In this document: positions 37,618 through 45,945 of the stretch, piece after piece
How the letters are laid out: every line of letters begins with the position of its first letter
How positions within the stretch are numbered: the stretch's first letter is position 1
From: Abditibacterium sp.
GTDB lineage: Bacteria > Armatimonadota > Abditibacteriia > Abditibacteriales > Abditibacteriaceae
Direction of reading: 5' to 3'
NCBI GenBank assembly: GCA_965246885.1
Contig: OZ251992.1
Span: 1,376,001 to 1,440,000 of the forward strand
Length of the DNA: 64,000 bases
The notes under the pieces: generated by a model
What the model was told of the DNA's origin: nothing
Seen by the model: only the letters and a program-made list of their open reading frames with translations
Database searches by the model: none
Made by a program: the position numbers and the translations under genes

Positions 37618-38859
37618 TCACCCGCCCACTAACCGCCGCACCCACACGGTCGGGATGGCGTAGGAAATGCCGGTGCCTTCGGCGCCTTGGGAGATGACGC
37701 CCACTACTTCGCCTTTGGCGTTGAGAACCGGCCCGCCGGAGTTGCCGTGCGTGACGGTGGAGCCGAGTTGAATGACTTTGGCGGCGTCGCCTCCGTCCAC
37801 TTGGCCGCGTTGGATGCGTTCGACGGCGGCGTCTTTGACGGAAACGGACGGTAACTCTTGGTCAAGGGTGAGCGTGCCTACGCCAAGCGGAAAGCCGAAG
37901 ACCCATGCGGTATCGGTTTCGGCTAAATCTTCCGAGCGGCCAAGGGCGAGCGTGGCGGGCGCGGTTTCGTCGGACGGGAGTTGCAAGCGCGCGAGGTCGC
38001 TGGAGAACTGTTCTGTCCCATCGGCGAGGGTGATGGCGTCGGCTGAGACTTTGACGCGGTGCTCTTGCGCGGTTCCGGCCTCGAAGACGAGCAGACAATC
38101 TCCGACAGCCCCACCCTCGTCCACGACGACATGGCGGTTGGTGACGACTTGGTGCCCGTCGCCCACCACGAAGCCCGACCCGAAGGCGATGCTGTTCGGC
38201 TCGCGCCGCACGATAAGCACGGTCGCGCGCTTGGCGAGGGCGACGGTTTCGGGCGCGATGCGTCCATTGACGGGCGGCGCGGCTTGGCTTTGGGGCGAGG
38301 TGTCACCGCTTTTGGCGCGCGGCGCGTGGGTGTCGGAGTCCGTTGGAACGTCAACGGCACGGCGCACTTTTGCCTCGTCGCCCGTGTCCACGCGCGCGCC
38401 TGACCCTCGGCCAAACACAAGCCCCACGAAAATTAGAAGCGCGAAGCCGCCCAAGGCAGGCCACACCCATTTGGGCGTTTGGCGCGGCGCGACGGCGACC
38501 GGCCCGGTTCCAACGGGAGCGCTAACCGACACTTGGACGGCGGGTTGGGGCGCGTAGACGCGCACGAGCGCCTCGAAATCGCCCAACTTCAGCCGCGCGC
38601 CGTGCTTGAGGGGAGCGCGCTCGACCCGCGCTTCGTCCACGAACGTGCCGTTCGTGGAAGCCAAGTCTTCGACCGCCCAACCGTTGGGCGTGGGCGTCAG
38701 CTTGGCGTGCCTCCGCGACAGTTGGGTGTAAGTGGTAAGCGGTAGGTCGCATCCGGCGTCGCGCCCGACGACCAACTCGCGCCGCTCCAAGGGCAGTGTT
38801 TGCCCCGCAAGCGGCCCCGCCGTGACGATAAGGGCATCGGAAGAAGTGGGCGTCGCCAT
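37618..38859 (-). CDS. FHA domain - TM - trypsin-like serine protease
   Basis: VGRD..SRRHA..DLASTNGT (FHA); hydrophobic segment; GSGF, TNRHVV, DLA, GNSGGP (catalytic triad). Confidence 0.9.
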   Translation of the reverse strand: MATPTSSDALIVTAGPLAGQTLPLERRELVVGRDAGCDLPLTTYTQLSRRHAKLTPTPNGWAVEDLASTNGTFVDEARVERAPLKHGARLKLGDFEALVRVYAPQPAVQVSVSAPVGTGPVAVAPRQTPKWVWPALGGFALLIFVGLVFGRGSGARVDTGDEAKVRRAVDVPTDSDTHAPRAKSGDTSPQSQAAPPVNGRIAPETVALAKRATVLIVRREPNSIAFGSGFVVGDGHQVVTNRHVVVDEGGAVGDCLLVFEAGTAQEHRVKVSADAITLADGTEQFSSDLARLQLPSDETAPATLALGRSEDLAETDTAWVFGFPLGVGTLTLDQELPSVSVKDAAVERIQRGQVDGGDAAKVIQLGSTVTHGNSGGPVLNAKGEVVGVISQGAEGTGISYAIPTVWVRRLVGG

Positions 38860-38901
38860 GAGGGGCAGTGTAAGAAGCGGGAGGGTAGCGATAGCACCCC
38901 C

Positions 38902-38937
38902 AATAAAAACACGCGCTCCTGCGTGGGGCGCGTGTTT
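38902..38937 (-). terminator. Probable intrinsic terminator
   Basis: Minus strand aaacacgcgcccc-acgca-ggagcgcgtgttt followed by ttatt, 9 nt after the small ORF stop. Confidence 0.7.
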
Positions 38938-38946
38938 GGTTGCTAA

Positions 38947-39105
38947 CTACTCGGCGGTTTCGTCGTCTTCACCTTCGGCGCTACCGGGGGTATGCGCGGC
39001 GGGCGGGGTTTGCGATTGCTCGTGGTCGTCATCGGTGCCTTCGGCGCTGCCGGGGGTGCCGATGGGGATGCCTGCCATGTCGTGCTGTCCGTCTGCGGTT
39101 TTCAT
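38947..39105 (-). CDS. Small acidic 52-aa protein with duplicated TPGSAEGxDD motif
   Basis: Manual translation MKTADGQHDMAGIPIGTPGSAEGTDDDHEQSQTPPAAHTPGSAEGEDDETAE*; GGAG upstream and a terminator downstream. Confidence 0.7.
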   Translation of the reverse strand: MKTADGQHDMAGIPIGTPGSAEGTDDDHEQSQTPPAAHTPGSAEGEDDETAE

Positions 39106-39138
39106 AGAGTCTGCTCCGCTCGCAAAGCGTGCGCCAAG

Positions 39139-40386
39139 TTATTGCAAACCGGGCGCTTCTATCTCGGCGTCGTGGTGCAACTCGGCCTTGAGCAGTCCGG
39201 CTTCTTTCAACACGGGCAGGGCGGCGGGGTTGTTGTTGTTGCGCGCGCCGATGTCGTCCGAGCGCGTCGAGGGCGACAGGACGAGGAGTTTCTTCTGGTT
39301 GAAGGACGAGCCGAAAATGGCGGCGAAGAGCTTGGCGTTTTGCGGTTTGTTGAGGATGATGTCGCCGCCGTCGGGCGCGTAGATGCCGTATAGGGTGAGG
39401 GGCGTGACCTTGGCGGCATTGCCCAGACCCTTAGCGAACATTGCTGCCGAAACCAGTTCGTCGTTGCTCATGCTGGTGATGAACAGCTTTTGCATTTCCG
39501 TCACCATGCTTGGCAGTTTGAGCAGGCCCACGTTCATCATCTTCTTGGAAAGCGCGCGCATGACTTGCTGCTGGCGGCGCACGCGGCCCGGATCGCCCTC
39601 GTTGTCGTGGCGAAAACGCACGTAGCCGTGCGCTTGCTCGCCGTCGAGGTGCTGCATCCCCGGCTCCAAGTCCACGCTCCAGCCGCCCCAGTGGTCGGCG
39701 TATTTCATGCGCGTCCTTTTGCCCCGGAACAGCGCGCCCTCGACATTGATGTCCAGCCCGCCCACGCTGTCTATCAGCTTGGTGAAGCCGTCCAACTTGA
39801 TTTCGGCGGTGCGGTCGATGCGAATGCCCAGTTCGTCTTCGATAACTTTAGGGAGCAGCTTGTCACCGTTGGGTTCGGCGTAGGTTGAGTTCAACTTGCA
39901 CGCGCCGTGACGGTGGCCTTTAAAGTCGCGGTAGCGCACGCGCGAGTCGCGCGGGATGGACAACAGGCGCACCGTATGCGCGTCGCGGTCAAAGGAGGCG
40001 ACGATCATGGAGTCGGAGCGCGGGCGCGTGTCTTTGTCTTCGACTTGATAAGGACGCATCGTGCCCGTATGGGGGTCAAACACTTTGCCCTGCTTCCAGT
40101 TGCGGTCGCGCCCGATAAGGAGGATATTGACGTGCCCATCGGGGTTGCCCACGCTGTTGAAGAGCAGGTCGGGGTCGTTATGTACGTTCCACGCGGTACG
40201 CCCTAAACCCGGCAACTGGGGAACTATGTTGCGCCCCTCTGGAGTCAACAAGCCGAAAGCGACACCACCGGCGACGGTGAACAAACATAGGACACCAACC
40301 CCCTTCCAGAAGCGGCCTTTCTTGGGCGGTTGGGCGGGGACGAGTTCGGGTTGCGAGGATGCGTTGCGGGGTTGTGCGGTTGCCAA
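39139..40386 (-). CDS. LCP (LytR-CpsA-Psr) family protein
   Basis: VNILLIGRD, RSDSMIV, LSIPRDS, IDSVGG, YVRFRHD..GD..RVRRQQ; TTG 40386 chosen because CACTCT lies 6 nt upstream. Confidence 0.9.
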   Translation of the reverse strand: MATAQPRNASSQPELVPAQPPKKGRFWKGVGVLCLFTVAGGVAFGLLTPEGRNIVPQLPGLGRTAWNVHNDPDLLFNSVGNPDGHVNILLIGRDRNWKQGKVFDPHTGTMRPYQVEDKDTRPRSDSMIVASFDRDAHTVRLLSIPRDSRVRYRDFKGHRHGACKLNSTYAEPNGDKLLPKVIEDELGIRIDRTAEIKLDGFTKLIDSVGGLDINVEGALFRGKRTRMKYADHWGGWSVDLEPGMQHLDGEQAHGYVRFRHDNEGDPGRVRRQQQVMRALSKKMMNVGLLKLPSMVTEMQKLFITSMSNDELVSAAMFAKGLGNAAKVTPLTLYGIYAPDGGDIILNKPQNAKLFAAIFGSSFNQKKLLVLSPSTRSDDIGARNNNNPAALPVLKEAGLLKAELHHDAEIEAPGLQ

Positions 40387-40536
40387 AGTAAAAAGAGTGC
40401 CTCCAGAAAAAGGTGCGCGCAGTGTAGCCAACAATTCGCGCGCCAAACACGCGCGGGTGTCGAGAAAAGATAATGGGAATCCTGCGCGGCACTTCAGCGC
40501 GCGGTCAAAGCGGTGCCAGACGCGAAGCAGATATCC

Positions 40537-42807
40537 ATGAATCGCTTTTTGTCTGGGACGCGGGCGCCCGTTGGGAGTGGGAACATCGCGCGGTCGCTCC
40601 TTGCGACCGCGCTAATTTGCCTGCTGTCCTGCGCGCTGATGGTGCCGTATATACTGCACTTCCAAACGCGCGACGAAATCGAGCGGCCCGTTTGGAACGG
40701 GCTGCCGCTATGGAGCGCGTTGGAGCGGGAGGAGTTGTCGCTGTTAGATAGGCGCTTCGCGGATAGGGGCGTGCGTAAGCCGAAGTCCCTCGACTCCATC
40801 GCTATTGTCGGCATAGATGAGGCGTCGTTGCAGGCGCTGAATCAGTGGCCTTGGCCCCGCGCGACGCACGCCCATTTGATAGATCGGCTGCACCGGGCCG
40901 GGGCGCGGGTGATTGCCCTCGACATCGGTTTCGACGACTACGCCCATCCCACGCGTGGGGCCAATGGCGAAGTGCATCTCTCTTCCGATGATTTGGCTCT
41001 CGCGGGCGCCATGAAACGCGCCGGAAACGTGGTGCTGGTGTCGCGCTTAGCCCCGGAGAATAAATCGAGCGCCGGGGTACGAAGCGACACGTCCCATTTA
41101 GCCGCGCCGGTAGATGAATTGGACGCCCTCACGTCCGACCTTGCCGTCGCCTACGTCAAGCGCGATTCGGTGGACGACTGCGTGCGCCGCTACCCGCTCC
41201 GCATCGCCAAGCCGCCCGAAGAGAAGCCCATCGGCGGCTTCGCGCCACTTTGCGTGGCGCTTTACCAAGGCTTGGCGCGCCGCGACGACCTGCGCCGCTA
41301 CGACGCCGCGTTGCAAGCGGGCATATGGCCGAACGCGAGCGGCGGGGTAGAGCATAGATTGCCGTTGGAGCGCGGCGTCTTTCCCGGTGGGCCGGACGAA
41401 GCCAGCCGCACCAAGGTGTGGACGACGCCGCTTGTGTTTTGGGGGCCGTCCGGCACGTTCCCGACGTATTCGTACTCGGATGTGCTGAGCAATTGGAGCG
41501 ACGCGCGCTTGCGCGGGTGCTTCGCGGGCCGCTTGGTGTTTGTCGGCGCCACGACTAACAGCCTCAACGACACCTTTGCCGTTCCCAACTTCCAAGCGGC
41601 GGCAACGGCGGAGATGCCGGGAGTCGAAATTCACGCGACGATGGCGGCCATGCTGATGGACGGCGCTTTTATGCACACCCAGTCGCTCGCCGCGTCGCTG
41701 TGGACGTTGCTCGGCGTCACCCTCGCCGCGAGCGTGTGGACGATGCTCCTCTGCCGGGGAACCGTGCGCGTGGCGGGGCGTGCCCAAGCGTGGTGGGCGC
41801 GGCGCGCTTTGCCGGGGCGCATCTTCTCGCCCTTGTGGATTGGCGCGTGCGCCCTACTGGGGCCGCTTCCGTTGTGGGCGTTTTGGTGGGGCGCGGAGTG
41901 GGCATTTGCGCACGAGAATTTGTGGGTCATCGCCATTTATCCCCTCGTCGGCGCGGCGCTCGCGTCGGGCGGAACATTGCTGCTCTTGTTTGGCGCCGAA
42001 AGCTCCGAGCGCCGCAAAATCCACACGCAGATGTCCCGCCTCGTGGCCCCCGCCGTCATGGAGGAGATACTCGCGCACCCCGAAGAGGACTATCCCCGCC
42101 CGCGCCGCCTTCATGCCACCGTCCTATTTGCCGACTTGGAAGGGTTCACGACCTACTCCGAGTCGCGCGAACCCGAAGAAGTCGTGACCGCGCTCAACGC
42201 TTACTTCCGGCGGATGCAACCCATCGTCCACGCGCATAGCGGCTCGGTTGACAAGTACATCGGCGACTCGCTCATGGCCTTTTTTGGCGCTCCCGTGCCG
42301 CGCGCCGACCACGCGGCACTCGCGCTACGTTGCGCCATCGCCCTCCAAGACGAGTGCGCGCGCTTCCGCAAGGAAACCGGGGTGCCGTTCTGGATGCGCG
42401 TGGGCGTTCACACCGGCGACTTGATTGTCGGCGGCGTTGGCTCGGACGAGCAGAACAACTACACCGCCATCGGCGACGCCGTCAACCTCGCTTCGCGCTT
42501 GGAGGAAAGCAACAAGTCCTTCGGCTCGCGCATTATCTGCTCCTCTGACACCCATTCCGAAGCGCCCGGTGTTGCGCGCGTCGAACTTAGCCATACCCCC
42601 ATCCGGGGCAAAACCGGCACGGTCGAGATTCTCATCGTGCGCGGCCCGCACGACGAGCCGCCGCGCGATGCGGAGTGGGGGCACGGCGACGCGGCCATAG
42701 ATTGGAACGTTCACTGGGAAGGCGACCGGCGCGGTGAAGCAGACCGCCGTCTCTCCGAACGACGCCGCGCCGCCGACCGGCGCGGCGGCAGACGCGCAGG
42801 CGACTGA
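40537..42807 (+). CDS. CHASE2-domain class III adenylate cyclase
   Basis: IVGIDEASL..WPWPRATHA..IALDI, MPGVEIHA (CHASE2); TM segments; LFADLEGFT, VDKYIGD, GVHTG, YTAIGDAVNLASRLE. Confidence 0.93.
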   Translation: MNRFLSGTRAPVGSGNIARSLLATALICLLSCALMVPYILHFQTRDEIERPVWNGLPLWSALEREELSLLDRRFADRGVRKPKSLDSIAIVGIDEASLQALNQWPWPRATHAHLIDRLHRAGARVIALDIGFDDYAHPTRGANGEVHLSSDDLALAGAMKRAGNVVLVSRLAPENKSSAGVRSDTSHLAAPVDELDALTSDLAVAYVKRDSVDDCVRRYPLRIAKPPEEKPIGGFAPLCVALYQGLARRDDLRRYDAALQAGIWPNASGGVEHRLPLERGVFPGGPDEASRTKVWTTPLVFWGPSGTFPTYSYSDVLSNWSDARLRGCFAGRLVFVGATTNSLNDTFAVPNFQAAATAEMPGVEIHATMAAMLMDGAFMHTQSLAASLWTLLGVTLAASVWTMLLCRGTVRVAGRAQAWWARRALPGRIFSPLWIGACALLGPLPLWAFWWGAEWAFAHENLWVIAIYPLVGAALASGGTLLLLFGAESSERRKIHTQMSRLVAPAVMEEILAHPEEDYPRPRRLHATVLFADLEGFTTYSESREPEEVVTALNAYFRRMQPIVHAHSGSVDKYIGDSLMAFFGAPVPRADHAALALRCAIALQDECARFRKETGVPFWMRVGVHTGDLIVGGVGSDEQNNYTAIGDAVNLASRLEESNKSFGSRIICSSDTHSEAPGVARVELSHTPIRGKTGTVEILIVRGPHDEPPRDAEWGHGDAAIDWNVHWEGDRRGEADRRLSERRRAADRRGGRRAGD

Positions 42808-42873
42808 CGCGGCCACTGTCAAGAAGCCAATGGCCAATCAGGTGCCTGCTTGAAGGTTTCGACAACCCGAAAC

Positions 42874-44988
42874 ATGAAGTACTCCACTCGCTTCCCCCGC
42901 TTGGCTGCCCTTGGCTTTTATATTTCCAGCGCCATCGCTCTCCTAAGCGCATCTGCCCACGCTCAATTAGCGCGCGTTTCCGCAACGGAGCGCCTTGCCG
43001 AACGGCGCGTGGGCGCCGCTCCTTGGCAAAAAGCCGCGTCCGGCCAACCGCTTGGCATCGGCGACGGCCTGCGCACCGGCAGGCGCTCCAAAGCCGACCT
43101 GAAGTTCGCCGACGGCTCCCTTTTGCGCCTCGGCCAACTCTCGACCGTTGAAATCAAAAGCGCCAAAGGCGCCACCCTCACCGGCGGGCGGCTGTTATTC
43201 TCGATGCTCAAGCCGGGCCGCGTCTTGGCGGGCACGGCGGCGGCGGAAATCAAAGGTAGCGTGGGCATCATTGCCATTGGCGCCGATGGCGTCGCGCAGT
43301 TCACCCTCTACTCCGGCGCGATGGACGTTGTGACCGACAAAGAAACCATCCACGTCCCCCCCGGCAGAACCATGAGCGTTTTCGCCGACGGTTCCCGCTC
43401 CCTCTTGGGAGCGGCCACGCCCTTGCGCTATACCGGCGACGCGAGCGAATCTTCCTTGCTCGACGCGCCCAGCGATGCGCCTTTCATGGGGTCACGCGCC
43501 GACGAGCAGACGCGCTTCACTTCCACCCGTTTGACTGTTGACTCCGCCAACGTCGCGTCCAAACAGCGAAGCGCCGCGCCCTTCTCGCGCCCAGTAGTGC
43601 TTCCCGCACCGCAGCCGACGACGCCCGCACCGCGACCAACGACGCCCGCACCGCGACCAACGACTCCGGCACCTGAGCCGACCACTCCCGCACCTGAGCC
43701 GACCACTCCCGCGCCGCGACCAACTACTCCCGCACCTGAGCCGACCACTCCCGCACCGCAGCCGACGACTCCCGCACCGCGACCAACTACTCCCGCACCG
43801 CTACCGACACCCGCCGCGCCGCTACCGACTCCCGCCGCGCCGCTACCGACACCGGTGGCCCCGTCGCCCACGCCGACCACTGGCGGAAAGGGGGACGACA
43901 ACAATCAAGGCGATAACAACCAAGGGGACAACAACCAAGGCAACGGCAGCAAGAACAACAAACTGTTGGCACATGTGTCCCCGGTTTCAGGCGGGAGCAA
44001 CGGCACGTCGCGCTTTTTTGGCGTCCCCGCCGTTGGCACCCTTCCCCTACCGATACGCGTGGCGGCGTTGGAAAGGCCGTTGCCGCCGCCCCCGGCCATC
44101 CCGCCCGGCACGACGGCAGAAGAGCACATCCTGCAAAGCAACCCCGGCTTGGGCAGCAGTTTCGTGACCGACTTCACCGGGGTCGCTTTGGGAAGCGGCG
44201 GCGGAAGCGGCACAACAGGCGCACGTCTGCGGGCCATTGCCACGCGCGGGCGCGTGTCCGCCGAAGTTGCCGTGTTACCCACCGCGATTCGCTTCGCCGG
44301 AGGCGGCACCCAAAGCCGCTTTACCCTATCCGATGCGTCCGTCACGCTGCGTGAAAAGGGCGGCGACCTCCAAGTCGGGCGCCAACGCTTTCTGAGCGGC
44401 CCGACATTGGCGACGCTCAACGGCTCCTTGGTGCGCCAAGGCGGGCGGCAAGTGATGGACGCCGTTACTCTGCGCCCCCGCATCGGTGGGCGCGGAACGC
44501 TGCAACTGTCCTATCTGGCTAACGTCTACGCCCGCGACCTACCCTTTCGTGTGCGGGGGCGAGAGCGCGGCTATTATGGGCGCGTGGGCGTCCAGCGACG
44601 GTATGGCAACTTCGGCCTGAACGTGTTGGGATTGACGAGCGGCCCGTTGGGAACCGGCACCGGCGCCACCGCCGACTTCGCCCTGCCTTTTCTACGCGAT
44701 AATGTCGAGTTCTACGGCGAGATAGGTCGTGACCCGTTTCGCCGCAGCCTGCGCACCTTCGGTTTGGCGTTCCCCGGTCTGCAAACGCGCACTGGCCTCG
44801 AACTCTACCTTGAAGACAGCGCCCTCGGCAACCGCGCGGGCTTGGTGCGCGAGCCAGATGAACTGGCACTCCTCGCCTACAAACGTTTGGGCGGCGGCGT
44901 CTTCCTGACCGGCGGCTTCAGCCACTTCTCCGACCGGCGCAACGTCGGGACGCTTGGCCTCGCCTTCGGCGCCCGCTCCGGGGGTTAA
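42874..44988 (+). CDS. Secreted FecR-domain protein with Pro/Thr linker and a C-terminal beta-strand-rich (barrel-like) region
   Basis: Signal peptide ending ASAHA; GDGLRTGRRSKADLKFADGSLLRLG (FecR-like); PAPxPTT repeats; alternating hydrophobic strands. Confidence 0.75.
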   Translation: MKYSTRFPRLAALGFYISSAIALLSASAHAQLARVSATERLAERRVGAAPWQKAASGQPLGIGDGLRTGRRSKADLKFADGSLLRLGQLSTVEIKSAKGATLTGGRLLFSMLKPGRVLAGTAAAEIKGSVGIIAIGADGVAQFTLYSGAMDVVTDKETIHVPPGRTMSVFADGSRSLLGAATPLRYTGDASESSLLDAPSDAPFMGSRADEQTRFTSTRLTVDSANVASKQRSAAPFSRPVVLPAPQPTTPAPRPTTPAPRPTTPAPEPTTPAPEPTTPAPRPTTPAPEPTTPAPQPTTPAPRPTTPAPLPTPAAPLPTPAAPLPTPVAPSPTPTTGGKGDDNNQGDNNQGDNNQGNGSKNNKLLAHVSPVSGGSNGTSRFFGVPAVGTLPLPIRVAALERPLPPPPAIPPGTTAEEHILQSNPGLGSSFVTDFTGVALGSGGGSGTTGARLRAIATRGRVSAEVAVLPTAIRFAGGGTQSRFTLSDASVTLREKGGDLQVGRQRFLSGPTLATLNGSLVRQGGRQVMDAVTLRPRIGGRGTLQLSYLANVYARDLPFRVRGRERGYYGRVGVQRRYGNFGLNVLGLTSGPLGTGTGATADFALPFLRDNVEFYGEIGRDPFRRSLRTFGLAFPGLQTRTGLELYLEDSALGNRAGLVREPDELALLAYKRLGGGVFLTGGFSHFSDRRNVGTLGLAFGARSGG
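43603..43875. repeat. In-frame 21-nt tandem repeats (~13 x PAPxPTT), followed by 3 x DNNQG
   Basis: cccgcaccgcagccgacgacg-type units. Confidence 0.9.
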
Positions 44989-44991
44989 GTT

Positions 44992-45942
44992 TTACATCGG
45001 CAAGGCTTCAAATGGCTTGCGGGCGATGGTCGCGCGGAAGGCTTGGATGACTTGCGCGGTTTCGTCCCACGTTTGCGTTTCGCGGATGGTAGGCGGATAG
45101 AGCAGGCGGCGCGCGACATCTTCGGCGCGGAATGTCCACAGCATCGCCATGAGCGGGTTGATGAACAAGCGCGAGCCAGACGTGCGCGCCGTCGAGTGGT
45201 AATCGCCGAAGTGTCCTTGGATGGCGTCGAGAATCGAGGCGTTGACGATGCTCGGACTGCGCTCCATTTTCCTGAAAACGTGCCGGGATGCGGCGCGGTA
45301 GAACTCGACTTCGGGCATATCGGGCAGCATCGAAGAGGTGCCCAAAAAGGCGCCGCGCCGCGACAACTCGGCGACGGCTTCCAAAAACTGCGCGTGGCAC
45401 ACGCCATGAAAAGCGTCCACGCCAAAGCCCACGCATACGAGCAACTTGGTCGGGATGTCCAACTCTTGCGCCGCATACAGACTGGCGCAATCTTCGATCG
45501 GCGTGCCCAACCCCGTCTCGTCGCCGCGCATGAGCGAGTCCGTCCCGCCGTCTACTAATACGAGCGCGTCGGGTTGCAAACGGTCGCACAGCGCGTGGTA
45601 GTTCGCCCGCAACGGCGCCACCCCCTCGTTCGGGAAGCAGTGAATCGAAGTTTCGATGCCTTGCCCGCGCAGCCAGCGCACCAAATGCAGTTCAGGGAAA
45701 TACCGCTCGTCGCCAATGGTTTCCGGCGTGACTTCCAAATAATGCGGCGCGTGCCACTTCTCGTTCGCGCTCGACAAGTTGGAAAACGACAAATTCGCCA
45801 GATGAACTGTCTTGCCCTGAGCGCGCAAGGCATGGAAAAGCGGCAAGCCGCAGAAGATGTCGTAACCGCCGCCCGCGCCCGCGAGGAGGACCGTGCGGGC
45901 GGGTTGGAGTTCATCGAAAAGGGGGAGTGAGGAGAGGAGCAT
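44992..45942 (-). CDS. DUF1152 family protein
   Basis: LAGAGGGYDIFCGLPL, YFPE, LVDGGTDSLMRGDE.GLGTPIED, GFGVDAFHGVCH. Confidence 0.8.
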   Translation of the reverse strand: MLLSSLPLFDELQPARTVLLAGAGGGYDIFCGLPLFHALRAQGKTVHLANLSFSNLSSANEKWHAPHYLEVTPETIGDERYFPELHLVRWLRGQGIETSIHCFPNEGVAPLRANYHALCDRLQPDALVLVDGGTDSLMRGDETGLGTPIEDCASLYAAQELDIPTKLLVCVGFGVDAFHGVCHAQFLEAVAELSRRGAFLGTSSMLPDMPEVEFYRAASRHVFRKMERSPSIVNASILDAIQGHFGDYHSTARTSGSRLFINPLMAMLWTFRAEDVARRLLYPPTIRETQTWDETAQVIQAFRATIARKPFEALPM

Positions 45943-45945
45943 AAT

